DNA of 64,000 nucleotides from Candidatus Eiseniibacteriota bacterium (GCA_963783375.1 CAWANH010000029.1:1344001-1408000), one strand, 5' to 3'; positions 42,605 to 53,744 are shown, counted from the stretch's first letter. A program made the numbers and translations. The notes: generated by a model not told the origin, from the sequence alone.

Positions 42605-44821
42605 ATGATGGAGATCGTCATCTTCGGACGCGGCGGACAGGGGGGGGTGACCCTGGCCAAGCTGATCGCCACCTCCTACTTCCTCCAGGGGAAGTTCGCC
42701 CAGGCCTTCGGGGTGTACGCGGCAGAACGCTCGGGAGCGCCCCTGAACGCGTTCGTTCGGGTGGACGACGAGGAGATCACCAACCGGAACCAGATCTACC
42801 GACCCGATCACGTGATCGTGCTCGACCGGAGCTTGATCGGGGAAAGGATCGTGACCGGGCTCAAGCCCGGCGGGTGGATTCTCCTCAACAGCACCGAGTC
42901 GCCGGCCGCGTTCGCCGATCGGTTCCCCGGTTTTCACATCGCCACCGTGGACGCCACCGGCATTGCGGTCGAGAACCGGCTCGGCACCCGCGCCACGCCC
43001 ATCGTGAACACCACGCTGCTCGGAGCGGTGGCTCGCATGTTCGGGGTCTCCATGGAATCGGCCCGGGCCGCGATCGAGAACCTGGGCTTCGGCGGGGCCA
43101 ACCTCACCGCCGCCCAGTCCGCCTTCGACCGGGTGGCCACCGGCGGCCGACCCGATGCCGCGCCGGCCAAGGCGCCGGCCGCGACGAAGGCCGCCCGCGC
43201 CACCAGCATCCTGGACCCCGCGGTGGGGGCGCCCCCCGCGGTCAAGACCGGCTCCTGGGCCACCCAGCGTCCGCGGCGCCGGGAGTGGACCCCGCCCTGC
43301 AACGACGGGTGCCTGGCCGGAAACGACATCCGTGGCTTCGTGGCCGCGGTCGGGGACGAGGACTACGACCGGGCCCTGGCCGTGCTCCACGAGGTCTCCC
43401 CCTTCCCCGGGGTGTGCGGGCGGGTTTGCCCGGCCCCCTGCATGGAGGCCTGTCATCGCCACGATCTCGACGAGTCGGTGAACATCCGCGAGCTGGAGCG
43501 GTTCGTGGGGGACCATGGAAAATCGACGGTGGTCCGGGAGCCCGAGCGCCTGGAGTCGGTGGCGGTGGTGGGCTCGGGACCGGGCGGCCTGACCGCGGCC
43601 TATACCCTGGGACGCCTCGGCTACCGGGTCACGGTGTACGAGGCCCTGGCCGACCTCGGCGGGGTGATGCGAACCGGCATCCCCGCCTACCGGCTCCCTC
43701 CGGAGATCCTGGATCGCGAGATCGACTTCATCCTCGAGCACGGGGTCAAGACGCGCACGAACCAGCACGTGGACCGGAACCGGCTCCTGGAGCTCACCTA
43801 CGAGCATGACGCGGTGTTCGTGGCCACCGGCCTCCAGGAATCCCGCGCGTTGAACCTGGGGGTCGAGGACCCCGACCGGATCATGCAGGGGATCACCTTC
43901 CTGGACGAGGCGCGACTGGGAAAGGTCCGGATGGACGGCGACATCGTGGTGGTGTTCGGCGGCGGAAACACCGCCATGGACGCCGCCCGCACCGCCCTCC
44001 GGTTGGGTGCGCGGCAGGTTCGGATCCTCTACCGGAGGACCCGGGCGGAGATGCCGGCCATCGCGGAGGAGATCGACGAGGCCCTCGAGGAGGGAATCGA
44101 TCTCCAGGAGCTCACCGCTCCGATCCGGATGAAGAAGACCCACGAGGGTCTCTCGGTGACCTGCCAGCGCATGGTGCTGGGGGAGCCCGACGAGAGCGGC
44201 CGTCGCCGTCCGGTTCCCGCCACCGGCCCGGGCTCGGAGTTCAACGTGGACTGCACCCGGGCGATCCTGGCCCTCGGCCAGAGCGGCGATCTCACGATCT
44301 TCCCCGAGGGCTCGGAGATCAAGAAGGAGAAGGTGCTCCTGGGCTTGGTCGGGGCGCCGGTCTTCGCCGGCGGCGACCTCTCCACCAACGAGGGGACGGT
44401 GGCCGCGGCCATCGCCAGCGGACGGACGGCCGCCTTCCACATCCACCGGACCCTGAGCGGGGAGGACCTCTTCCCCGCGGCGGATCGCGAGGTGATCCCC
44501 GCCGATGAGATGCGGTTCAACCGCTTCGAGCGGGCCCCGCGCCGGCAGGTGACCACCGTCCCGGTGGCGGAACGGCTCCAGCAGGGGTTCATCGAGGTGC
44601 GCCGCGGATTCGGCGACTCCACCGCCGAGGCCCTGGCCGAGGCCGGCCGCTGCCTGAGCTGCGGATCCTGCAACGAGTGCGACGTCTGCCGCGAGTATTG
44701 TCCCGAGGGGGTGCTGGTGCGGGAGAAGGATTTCTACGCCTTCGACTACGACTACTGCAAGGGATGCGGGCTCTGCGCCTACGAATGTCCCCGCGGCGTG
44801 GTCTACATGGAGCAGATGTAG
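42605..44821 (+). CDS. Fusion of 2-oxoacid oxidoreductase gamma subunit, GltD-like FAD/NAD(P)H domain and delta-like 2x[4Fe-4S] domain
   Basis: GRGGQGGVT...ERSGAP (gamma); PPCNDGC...CGRVCPAPC; GSGPGG; GGGNTAMD..YRR; CNECDVCREYCP and CKGCGLCAYECP. Confidence 0.9.
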   Translation: MMEIVIFGRGGQGGVTLAKLIATSYFLQGKFAQAFGVYAAERSGAPLNAFVRVDDEEITNRNQIYRPDHVIVLDRSLIGERIVTGLKPGGWILLNSTESPAAFADRFPGFHIATVDATGIAVENRLGTRATPIVNTTLLGAVARMFGVSMESARAAIENLGFGGANLTAAQSAFDRVATGGRPDAAPAKAPAATKAARATSILDPAVGAPPAVKTGSWATQRPRRREWTPPCNDGCLAGNDIRGFVAAVGDEDYDRALAVLHEVSPFPGVCGRVCPAPCMEACHRHDLDESVNIRELERFVGDHGKSTVVREPERLESVAVVGSGPGGLTAAYTLGRLGYRVTVYEALADLGGVMRTGIPAYRLPPEILDREIDFILEHGVKTRTNQHVDRNRLLELTYEHDAVFVATGLQESRALNLGVEDPDRIMQGITFLDEARLGKVRMDGDIVVVFGGGNTAMDAARTALRLGARQVRILYRRTRAEMPAIAEEIDEALEEGIDLQELTAPIRMKKTHEGLSVTCQRMVLGEPDESGRRRPVPATGPGSEFNVDCTRAILALGQSGDLTIFPEGSEIKKEKVLLGLVGAPVFAGGDLSTNEGTVAAAIASGRTAAFHIHRTLSGEDLFPAADREVIPADEMRFNRFERAPRRQVTTVPVAERLQQGFIEVRRGFGDSTAEALAEAGRCLSCGSCNECDVCREYCPEGVLVREKDFYAFDYDYCKGCGLCAYECPRGVVYMEQM

Positions 44822-44870
44822 CCGGGCCGTTCATGGCGCCCATGAATTGTCCGGACCAAGGGAGGTCGGC

Positions 44871-46046
44871 ATGACGAAGAAACTGTCCACCGGGAACCAC
44901 GTGGCGGGCACGGTCCTGGCCATGGCCGGCGAGGCCAATCGAAACGCCCGGGGGTGCGCGGCGGGGGCCTACCCCATCACCCCCCAGACCGAGGTGGTGG
45001 AGGTCCTCAGGGCGTTCAAATTCACCAAGGGGGCCGTGGTCCCGGTGGAGTCCGAGCACAGCGCCATGGGGGTGTGCATCGGGGCCTCGGTGGCCGGAGC
45101 GCGAAGCTTCACCGCCAGCTCCTCGAACGGGCTCGCCTACATGAACGAAAACGTGTTCAACGCGGGCTATTACCGCCTGCCCATCGTGCTGATCGCGGTG
45201 AACCGGACCATGGGCCCGCCCTGGAACATCTGGGCCGACCAGGGGGACAGCCTGGCCCTTCGGGACGTCGCCATGCTCCAGTTCTACTGCGAGGGACACC
45301 AGGACGTGGCCGACACCGTACTCCTGGCCTTCCGGGTGGCCGAGGATCCGCGGGTGCTCCTGCCGGCCATCGTGGCCTACGACGGCTTCATCATCTCCCA
45401 TACCGCGGCGCCGGTGGACGTCCCGTCCCAGGAGGACGTGGACCGCTACCTTCCCGAGCTGGACCTCCCCCACCGGTTGAGCCACGCCCATCCCGCCACC
45501 ATCGGCGGGCTCGCCTGGCCGGACCAGACCCTGGGTCACCGCCACGAACTCCAGGCGGCCATGGAGCGGGTCCCCGAGGTTCTGGAGGAGGCGCGCCAGG
45601 AGTTCAAGAAGGTGTTCGGCCGCCTTCCCGACGCGGCGGTCGAGCGGTTCCACACCGAGGACGCGGAGACGGTGCTGGTGGCCAGCAACACCATCGCCTC
45701 CACGGTGCGGAACGTGGTCACGGCCCGGCGGGCCAAGGGCGAGAAGATCGGCATGTTGAAGATCAAGCTCTTCCGGCCCTTCCCCCGGCAGGAGGTCGCC
45801 TGGTCGCTTCGGAACGCCCGGAAGGTGGCGGTTCTGGATCGGGACCACTCCCCCGGATCGGGGGGGATTTTCTGGCAGGAAACCGCGACCAGTTTGCGGG
45901 CGCGGGGAGAAAACCTCATCCTCCAGAATTACCTGGTGGGGCTGGGGGGCGGCGACGTCACCGCCCCCATGATCGAGGACATCATGCAGGACCTGGCCCG
46001 CCGCGACACTGAGAGCGAGCCGATCTGGAAGGGGGTGGCGGTATGA
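44871..46046 (+). CDS. porA: Pyruvate/2-oxoacid:ferredoxin oxidoreductase alpha subunit
   Basis: AYPITPQTE, ESEHSA, NRTMGPPWNIWADQGD and FRPFP. Confidence 0.9.
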   Translation: MTKKLSTGNHVAGTVLAMAGEANRNARGCAAGAYPITPQTEVVEVLRAFKFTKGAVVPVESEHSAMGVCIGASVAGARSFTASSSNGLAYMNENVFNAGYYRLPIVLIAVNRTMGPPWNIWADQGDSLALRDVAMLQFYCEGHQDVADTVLLAFRVAEDPRVLLPAIVAYDGFIISHTAAPVDVPSQEDVDRYLPELDLPHRLSHAHPATIGGLAWPDQTLGHRHELQAAMERVPEVLEEARQEFKKVFGRLPDAAVERFHTEDAETVLVASNTIASTVRNVVTARRAKGEKIGMLKIKLFRPFPRQEVAWSLRNARKVAVLDRDHSPGSGGIFWQETATSLRARGENLILQNYLVGLGGGDVTAPMIEDIMQDLARRDTESEPIWKGVAV

Positions 46047-46948
46047 AGACCACCGAACGCGAGTCGGCGGTCGACTTCGACGCCATGAAGGAGTTGATGC
46101 TCCGGCCCGGAAACACCAACTGCGCGGGCTGCGGGATGTCGGTCTCCCACCAGTGGCTTCAGAAGGCCATGGGGGACACCCCGATCACCCTGGCCATTCC
46201 CGCCTGCTGCGGGATCGTGACCGCGGGGGCCTTTCCCACCTCGGCCTACGGGGTGCCGGTGGTGGCCACCACCTTCGGTTCCGCGGCGTCGGTGGCCACG
46301 GGGATCCGGCAGGTCCAGCTCATGAACGGGGACGAAGGGGAGACGATCTGCTGGGCGGGAGACGGCGGCACCTACGACATCGGCATGGCCACCATCTCGG
46401 CGGCGGCGGAGCGGAACGAGGACCTGATCTATATCTGCTACGACAACGAGATCTACGGGAATACCGGCGGCCAGCGCTCGAGCGCCACTCCCGAGGGGGC
46501 GGTGACCAGCACCACTCCCTACGGAAAGGTCGAGGCCAAGAAGGACATCATGGCGATCCTGGCCGCCCACCGCATCCCCTACGCGGCCACTCTCTCCCTG
46601 GCCCACAGGGAGGACTTCCTGCGGAAGCTCAAAATGGCCAAGGAGATCCGCGGCTTCCGCTTCTTCCTCATCCACTCCCCCTGCCCCACCGGCTGGAAGT
46701 CCGAGCCGGCGATGAGCGTGGAGCTGGTGCGGCTGGCGGTGGCCAGCGGCCTCTTCCCGCTCTACGAGATCTTCGACGGACGCCGCTACCGGATCAACGC
46801 CCAGCCCGACGGCACGCCCCTGGAGGAGTACTTCAACCTCCAGGGCCGGTTCAAGAAGGGCACGGTGGACCTGGAGCGGGTGCGGACGGCCGTCCACCGG
46901 AACTGGGACACGCTCTCGCGGATGGAGGCGGCGTTTCCGGTGGAGTAG
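46043..46948 (+). CDS. porB: Pyruvate/2-oxoacid:ferredoxin oxidoreductase beta subunit (TPP-binding)
   Basis: CAGCG, GDGGTYDIG...YDNEIYGNTGGQ and SPCPTGW. Confidence 0.92.
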   Translation: MKTTERESAVDFDAMKELMLRPGNTNCAGCGMSVSHQWLQKAMGDTPITLAIPACCGIVTAGAFPTSAYGVPVVATTFGSAASVATGIRQVQLMNGDEGETICWAGDGGTYDIGMATISAAAERNEDLIYICYDNEIYGNTGGQRSSATPEGAVTSTTPYGKVEAKKDIMAILAAHRIPYAATLSLAHREDFLRKLKMAKEIRGFRFFLIHSPCPTGWKSEPAMSVELVRLAVASGLFPLYEIFDGRRYRINAQPDGTPLEEYFNLQGRFKKGTVDLERVRTAVHRNWDTLSRMEAAFPVE

Positions 46949-47128
46949 ACGCTCCCGCGGATCCTATAGCTCCGGCACCGGCAGGGGTGCTGCCCCCGCC
47001 GGGGTCGGAAAGCTTCATTGTGAGCGGTCGAGTAATCTGACATAATTGGTCTGTTCTTTTCCTTCCTCTAGGTCAGACGCTGCCCGGGCCGGGTACCTCT
47101 CCGCCGGCCTGTGAATCCGGAGGACCCC

Positions 47129-50100
47129 ATGCGCTTCGCCCCCCCCCGCCCCGCAAGGCTGCTCTTCACCCTCCTCATGGCCGGCGCCCTGCTGGGATGG
47201 TCCCAGGCCCGTGCCCAGGAAGAAGGGAAGGCCGACCAGCCGCCCCTCAGCGTGGCGACGCCGGGCACGGTCGCCGAAGCGACTCCGATCACCGCCGAGG
47301 CCTCGGCGGTGGTGAACTTCGGCGAGCTGGCCAGGCAGGCGGCCCGGAGCCCGGCCCAGAACCGGCCGGTCCGCACCTGGATGCCGCGGGAATTCGAGGC
47401 GCCCCCCGAGCCCTACTTTCCTCCCGCCCCGGAGAGCCGGCTCCTCTCCATGCCGGGGATTCCCCTGGCCCCGTCCCCGCTTCCCACCACCAGCTTCAAA
47501 GGCCTGGACGACGTCCCCATGGCCGACTCGAGCTACATCGTGATCCCTCCCGACGTCGGCGGCGCGGTGGGGCCGGACCGGGTCATGTGCGGCTTCAACA
47601 ACAACTACCGGATCTTCAACAAGTCGACGGGGGCGATCGTCAGCACGCTGGGAACGGCGACTTTCTGGGCCGCGGTGGTGGCGCCCTCCGAGCGGCTGTC
47701 CCTCACCGACCCGCGCACCATCTACGACCCCTACAACGACCGATGGATCGCGGTGATGCAGACGGTGACATCCGGCGCCGGGAAGATCCTGGTCGGGGTG
47801 TCCCAGACCAGCGATCCCGCCGGCTCCTGGTACCTCTACTCGTTCAATAGCGGGGCCACCATCGATTTCCCGAACCTCGGGTTCAACAAGAACTGGATCT
47901 CGGTGGCGATCAACCGCTACAGCTTCATCGGCACGTTCCAGCGGGGCATCAATCTCGTCGTGGACTATCCCTCCGCCCGCGCCGGCACCGGTTCGGGGAC
48001 CCTGGTCACGATGAGCGCGAACTCGCACTTCTGCAGCGGGCCCTGCGCCACCTATTCGGCGACGGAGGAGACGCTGTACGTGGTGACCCACCTGAGCAGC
48101 TCTGGCGCGACCTACGAGCTGGACACGATCACCGGCACCCCGGGTTCACCGACTTACACCAACGGGGGCTCCCACACCCGCACCGGCGGAGGCTGGGCCC
48201 AGGCGAGCGGAAACGCGCTTCCCCAGTCGGCCCCCAACTCCGGCTCCAGCGCCTGCGGCTCCACCCCCTGCCGGATCGAGGCCCAGGACGCCTACATCCG
48301 CGCCTGCCCCACCTACCGGGACGGTTCCATCTACTACGCCCAGACCGTGGGTCTCCCCTCCTCGGGCTACACGCACACCGCCGCCCAGTGGACGAAGATC
48401 GCCGCTCCGAGCGGCGCCTACGTGGACGGCGGACGGGTCGAGGACCCCACCGCCAACGCCACCAACGGCGGAAAGTGGTACTCCCATACCCAGATCGCGG
48501 TGAACGCCACCGGCAGCTTCATGCTGGCCTACACCCAGTTCTCCTCGACCCAGCACCCCTCGGCGGGTTACTCCATGCACGTGGCCGGCGACGCGGCGGG
48601 AACTCTCCGTGATCCCCAGGTCTACCACGCGGGCGAGGACTACTATCACAAGACCTTTTCCACCGCCAACGGCCGGAACCGCTGGGGAGACTTCAGCACC
48701 GCGCAGGTCGATCCGTCCGACGATCTGACCCTGTGGGCGCTTCAGGAGTACGGCGGGACGCGCCCCGGCACCGACGACGGCAACACCGGCGCGAACTCCA
48801 GCCGGTGGAGCAGCTGGTGGGCGGGGGTGGGCACGTCCTTCACCATCACCGCCTCGGCGGGGGCGGGCGGCTCCATCAGCCCGAACGGGGCGGTGACCGT
48901 CGCCGACGGGGCGGATCAGGCGTTCACGATCACCCCCGACACCTGCTACACCGTGCTGGACGTGCTGGTGGACGGGGGCTCGGTCGGGCCGGTCACCGAT
49001 TACACCTTCCCCGCCGTGAGCGCCGAGCCACACCATCAGCGCGTCGTTCGCGCCGACAAGCTATGCCATCGTGGCCTCCGCCGGCCCCGGGGGCTCCATC
49101 AGCCCCGTCGACACCGTCGCCGTGGCCTGCGGCGCCGACCAGGCCTTCACCATCACTCCCGACACCTGCTACGCCGTGCTGGACGTGCTGGTGGACGGGG
49201 TGTCGGTGGGTCCGACGACGAGCTACACCTTCACCGCGGTGGATACGAGCCACACCATCAGCGCGTCGTTCGCGCCGACAAGCTATGCCATCGTGGCCTC
49301 CGCCGGCCCCGGGGGCTCCATCAGCCCCGTCGACACCGTCGCCGTGGCCTGCGGCGCCGACCAGGCCTTCACCATCACTCCCGACACCTGCTACGCCGTG
49401 CTGGACGTGCTGGTGGACGGGGTGTCGGTGGGTCCGACGACGAGCTACACCTTCACCGCGGTGGATACGAGCCACACCATCAGCGCGTCGTTCGCGCCGA
49501 CAAGCTATGCCATCGTGGCCTCCGCCGGCCCCGGGGGCTCCATCAGCCCCGTCGACACCGTGGCCGTGGCCTGCGGCGCCGACCAGGCCTTCACCATCAC
49601 TCCCGACACCTGCTACGCCGTGCTGGACGTGCTGGTGGACGGGGTGTCGGTGGGTCCGACGACGAGCTACACCTTCACCGCGGTGGATACGAGCCACACC
49701 ATCAGCGCGTCGTTCGCGCCGACAAGCTATGCCATCGTGGCCTCCGCCGGCCCCGGGGGCTCCATCAGCCCCGTCGACACCGTCGCCGTGGCCTGCGGCG
49801 CCGACCAGGCGTTCACCATCACCCCCGATCCGGGCTTCGGGGTTCTCGACGTGGCGGTGGACGGCGGCTCCGTCGGCGCGGACACGACCTACACCTTCGC
49901 CGACGTCACCGCCGACCACACCATCGACGCCGCCTTCGCCGACGTCGAGTGTCCGTCGGTGACCGTCCTCGCCCCGAACGGCGGGGAGATCCTGGTGACC
50001 GGAACCAACGCCGGCTTGAGCTGGAACGCGAGCGACAACATGGGGGTCACCTGCGTGGACGTGTTGCTCTCGCGGACCGGGGCCGCGGGGAGCTACGAGA

Positions 50101-50555
50101 CCCTGGCCAGCTGCGTCCCGGACAGCGGCAGCTATACGTGGGCGGTCACCGGTCCGGCCACCACGGACGCGGTGCTCAGGGTCGCGGCCCACGATGCGGC
50201 CGGAAACCAGTGCGAGGACGTCAGCGACACCACCTTCACGATCGAGGACGCCACCGGGGTGCCCGGAGAGCTTCCGGTCACCGCGCTGGCGCTGGAGGCG
50301 GTGGATCCCAACCCCACCCACGGCCAGGCGCGGATCCGGTTCAGCGTGCCGGTCGAGGCGCACGTTCGGGTACGGGTGTTCGATACCCTGGGTCGCACGG
50401 TGGCCACCCTCACCGATCGCGCGTACCCGCCGGGCCGCTACGAGGTGGCCTGGAACGGCGAGGGGGACGCGGGCCGGCCGGCATCCGGGATCTACTTCGT
50501 CCACCTCGAAACGCCGGGGGCAAAGCTGGTGCGGCGGGTGACCTTGATCCGGTAA
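47129..50555 (+). CDS. Large secreted protein: N-terminal beta-rich domain, five 74-aa Ig-like repeats, C-terminal FlgD-Ig-like domain; apparent 1-nt insertion near 49023
   Basis: Signal peptide; PPD.GGAVGP and RWGDFS; repeats ASAG.GGSISP; APNGGE; tail DPNP...WNG......ASGIYF. Confidence 0.85.
49025..49809 (+). repeat. Near-identical 222-bp tandem repeat (about 3.5 copies)
   Basis: agccacaccatcagcgcgtcgttc starts at 49026, 49248, 49470 and 49692. Confidence 0.95.
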
Positions 50556-50639
50556 CCGCGGTCGCGGAATCTGCCGGGGCCCGGGCGTCGGGAATGGGGA
50601 GCTGCTTCCCGCCCGGCCCGCGTGGCGGCCGCCGAGCCG

Positions 50640-52163
50640 TCACCCCGGCGGGGATTTCGGAGCAAACCCGGCGGGAACGAGCAACCCCTCGGCCAGTCCC
50701 TGGCGGACGAAGTCCAGCGCCGCCTCGCGATCCCCCCCGGCGCCGGAAGCGGGATCGGCGCGGTGGCGCTCGAGGGCCTCGGCCACCGATCCGGCCCCGC
50801 CCAGAAGCTCGAGGAGGCGCAGGGTGGCGGGATTGAGCTCCCCCTCCACCCCGATCGCCCCGGGGGCGAAGCGGACGGTGAGGGCGGGGTCCACCGCCCC
50901 GGGCGCGGAACGGACCTCCACGAAGCGGGCCCCCGGCGACGGCCGGACCGCCGCTCGCAGAAGCGCCCCGGAATCGGCGGTGGCCAGGTCCAGGGATGCA
51001 AAGAGCACTTCGATCGCCGCCGGTCCGATCCCGGCCAGCGTGCGAACCGGAAGCTGAATACCGAACCGGCCCCCCGGATTTCCGTCCCGGCCGGCACGGA
51101 GGAGCGCCAGGGCCTGGTGGAACTCGGTGATGCCCCAGAGATCTATGTGCTCGCGGTAGCGACGCGCGGATTCGGCGTAGGCGGCGCCCAGGGTCGGGTC
51201 CTCGAGGGCCGCATACCCCAGGGCGATCGCGTCCGGGGAGGGCGCGCGCGTGGTCAAGAGCGCCAGGTCCAGGGGAGCCCCGTCCAGCCAGCCTCGGACC
51301 CGGTCGTGGATCTGCTCGTCGGGTCCCACCGCCGCGTCGAAGCGGACCGCGGCCCATCCCCCGGGGGCCAGGGCCTCGGAGAGGACGGACACCAGCCGCC
51401 CCACGATCGCGTCCCCCCGGGGACCTCCGTGGACGTAGGTCACCGCCTCCTGGCTCTCGGGCTGGATGACGAAGGGGGGCTGGGCGATCACCACGTCGAA
51501 GCGCCGTCCCCGCACCGGCTCCAGGAGGTCCCCGGTGTCGAACTCGGCCGGCAACCGGTTGAGCGCGGCGTTGACCCGGCCCATGGCCGTGGCCCGCGGG
51601 TTCAGGTCCGTGCCCATCGCGTCCGCCCCCCGGCGGGCGGCGAAGAGGGCCAGCGCTCCCGCCCCGCACCCCAGGTCCAGGAACCGCCCCTCAATTCGCT
51701 CGGGGAGGAGGCGGGCCAGGGCCATCGTCGCCGGGCCGGCGCCCATGACCGCGTCCCGGCCGGCGGCCGGGTCGTCGCTGAACACCCACACGTCCCCGAA
51801 CGGGAGGAGTCGGAAGCGCGCGCGAAGAGCATCGCCCTCCGCGACCAGGACCCCGGCGTCGAGGAGGGCGGACACCGTCTCCGGGCCCAGCGCATCGTGA
51901 ACCGAGGCGGCCGGAGGCATCCCGTCGTAGACGAAGAGAAGCGCGAGGCGGGCGGCGGGCGTCCCGTTTCGCTCCAGGGCGCGGTGAACCAGGGGGAGCC
52001 GGAGCCGGTCGACGAGATTGGGGGCCACCCGCTCCCCCTCCCCCAGGATGTGGTCGTCGTAGCCGGCGGTGCGCAGGGCATCCCCGAAGGCGGCCAGCGC
52101 CTCCGGCGCGAGCCCGGTCAGGCACGAGATGGGGGCGGGCCCCCGTCGTTCTTCCATGAGCAT
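50640..52163 (-). CDS. HemK/MTS-like class I methyltransferase with long C-terminal extension (start uncertain)
   Basis: LDLGCGAG, TDLNPRA, GDLLEPV and FDVVIAQPPF; the C-terminal helical segment resembles PqqD/winged helix. Confidence 0.8.
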   Translation of the reverse strand: MLMEERRGPAPISCLTGLAPEALAAFGDALRTAGYDDHILGEGERVAPNLVDRLRLPLVHRALERNGTPAARLALLFVYDGMPPAASVHDALGPETVSALLDAGVLVAEGDALRARFRLLPFGDVWVFSDDPAAGRDAVMGAGPATMALARLLPERIEGRFLDLGCGAGALALFAARRGADAMGTDLNPRATAMGRVNAALNRLPAEFDTGDLLEPVRGRRFDVVIAQPPFVIQPESQEAVTYVHGGPRGDAIVGRLVSVLSEALAPGGWAAVRFDAAVGPDEQIHDRVRGWLDGAPLDLALLTTRAPSPDAIALGYAALEDPTLGAAYAESARRYREHIDLWGITEFHQALALLRAGRDGNPGGRFGIQLPVRTLAGIGPAAIEVLFASLDLATADSGALLRAAVRPSPGARFVEVRSAPGAVDPALTVRFAPGAIGVEGELNPATLRLLELLGGAGSVAEALERHRADPASGAGGDREAALDFVRQGLAEGLLVPAGFAPKSPPG

Positions 52164-52221
52164 GGTTCCTTGGGTTTCGCGGGCATCCGGAACGGGCCGG
52201 GAGCCGGCCGCTCCTTGCCGC

Positions 52222-53559
52222 CTAGCTCGGGGGTTCCGTTTCGGCAACCAGGGCCCGGTATCGGGGATGATCATGGAGCAACACGAGGTCCGGGTCGTTC
52301 CGCATCCACTCCCGCCAGAGTTCCCCGTGAGCCACCGTCTTGGTCAGGCAATCGAGCGCCTTGTCGAACAGCCCCTGAAGCGTGTAGACGCAGGCCACGT
52401 TGTAGAGAACCTGAGGCTCATCGGGATCGATGGCCAGCGCGCGGTCGGCCCATTCCAGGGCCAGGTCCCGACGCTCCCCGATCTGGCAATAGGCGATGGC
52501 GCTGAAGTACAGGGCGCGGGTGTCCCCGGGATTCACTTCCAGGTGCTTCTGGGCCAGATCCACCGCCGACCGGTAGGCCGCGTCGGACTCCGCCTTCAGA
52601 CCCAGGCCCCGAAGTGCGCTCCCCAGGAGAGTCGGCGCCTGGTAGTCCTCGGGCCGGGCCTCGCTGGCCCGCCGAAACCAGTACACCGCCCGATCCGTCC
52701 TTCCCTGTGCGTAGTACCCCCGGGCGAAGAAGTAGTAGGCCTCGAACAGCGAAGGGTTCAACCGGATGGCGGCCCGGAACTCCAGCTCGGCGGCCGCGTG
52801 ATCGCGCCGGAGCGAGATCGCCACCCCCCGGGCCACGTGGGCTTCGGCCAGCTCCGCGTCGAGCTCCACCGCCTTCCGGCTGGCCCGGTCGGCCTCGGCT
52901 ATCACCTCTTCGCTGGAAGCCCAGAACATGCACAGATAGGAGCAGCAATCGGCCAACCCGGCGTAGGCCCCCGCATACCCGGGATCGATCTCGATCGCCC
53001 GCTCGAACTCCGCCCGGGCGACCTCGATGCTCTTCCGCCGGAACTGCCGGAAGTGCTGGCGTCCGCGCAGATAGTAATCGTAGGCATCGACCTTGGTGGT
53101 GGGGACCTTGCGGATCGCCCGCTTCTCCTCGTCGCTGATCATGACGCTGAGCGTGCGGGAGATGGTCTCGGCGATCTCCTTCTGGATCGAGAACACGTCC
53201 TTGATCTCGCGATCGAAGCGTTCCGCCCAGAGGGTGAGACCGGTCCGGGTCTCCACCAGCTCCACGGACAGCCGCAGGTGGTTCTTGGCCCGGCGGAGGC
53301 TTCCGTCCAGGACGGAGGCCACATTCAACCTGCGGCCGATCTCGACCGCGGGAACGGAGCGGTCCTTGAACGGTCGAACCGCGGAGGAGGAGGCCACCGA
53401 GAACCCGCTGATCCGCGACAACTCGATGATGATGTCCTCGGTCACACCGTCCCGGAAGTACTCGTCCTTCTTCGACCCGCTCAGATCATTGAAATACAGA
53501 ATCGCCAGCGATTTCCCGGGCCTCGCCGGCCCGGGTTCCGCCGACCAGGGCGTCTCCAT
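52222..53559 (-). CDS. Stand-alone TolB-like-domain + TPR protein
   Basis: GGAG RBS; SLAILYFNDLS...YFRDGVTEDII, LDGSLRR, WAERFDR and AYDYYLRG, followed by TPRs. Confidence 0.85.
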   Translation of the reverse strand: METPWSAEPGPARPGKSLAILYFNDLSGSKKDEYFRDGVTEDIIIELSRISGFSVASSSAVRPFKDRSVPAVEIGRRLNVASVLDGSLRRAKNHLRLSVELVETRTGLTLWAERFDREIKDVFSIQKEIAETISRTLSVMISDEEKRAIRKVPTTKVDAYDYYLRGRQHFRQFRRKSIEVARAEFERAIEIDPGYAGAYAGLADCCSYLCMFWASSEEVIAEADRASRKAVELDAELAEAHVARGVAISLRRDHAAAELEFRAAIRLNPSLFEAYYFFARGYYAQGRTDRAVYWFRRASEARPEDYQAPTLLGSALRGLGLKAESDAAYRSAVDLAQKHLEVNPGDTRALYFSAIAYCQIGERRDLALEWADRALAIDPDEPQVLYNVACVYTLQGLFDKALDCLTKTVAHGELWREWMRNDPDLVLLHDHPRYRALVAETEPPS

Positions 53560-53744
53560 CGCTCCTCTCCTTGCCCCCCGATCCGCCGCCACCGGCGTCC
53601 GGGGAGATCGCGGACCGAACGGGATGCGTCGGCCGGAGCCTCCGGGGGTCGGATACCGGTTCGATCTTAGCACCCGGCCCCGGCCCGCGCCTCCGGGCCG
53701 GCCCGTCACCGCGCTCCTCCGAGCGGCGGGCCCGGCAGACGGAG

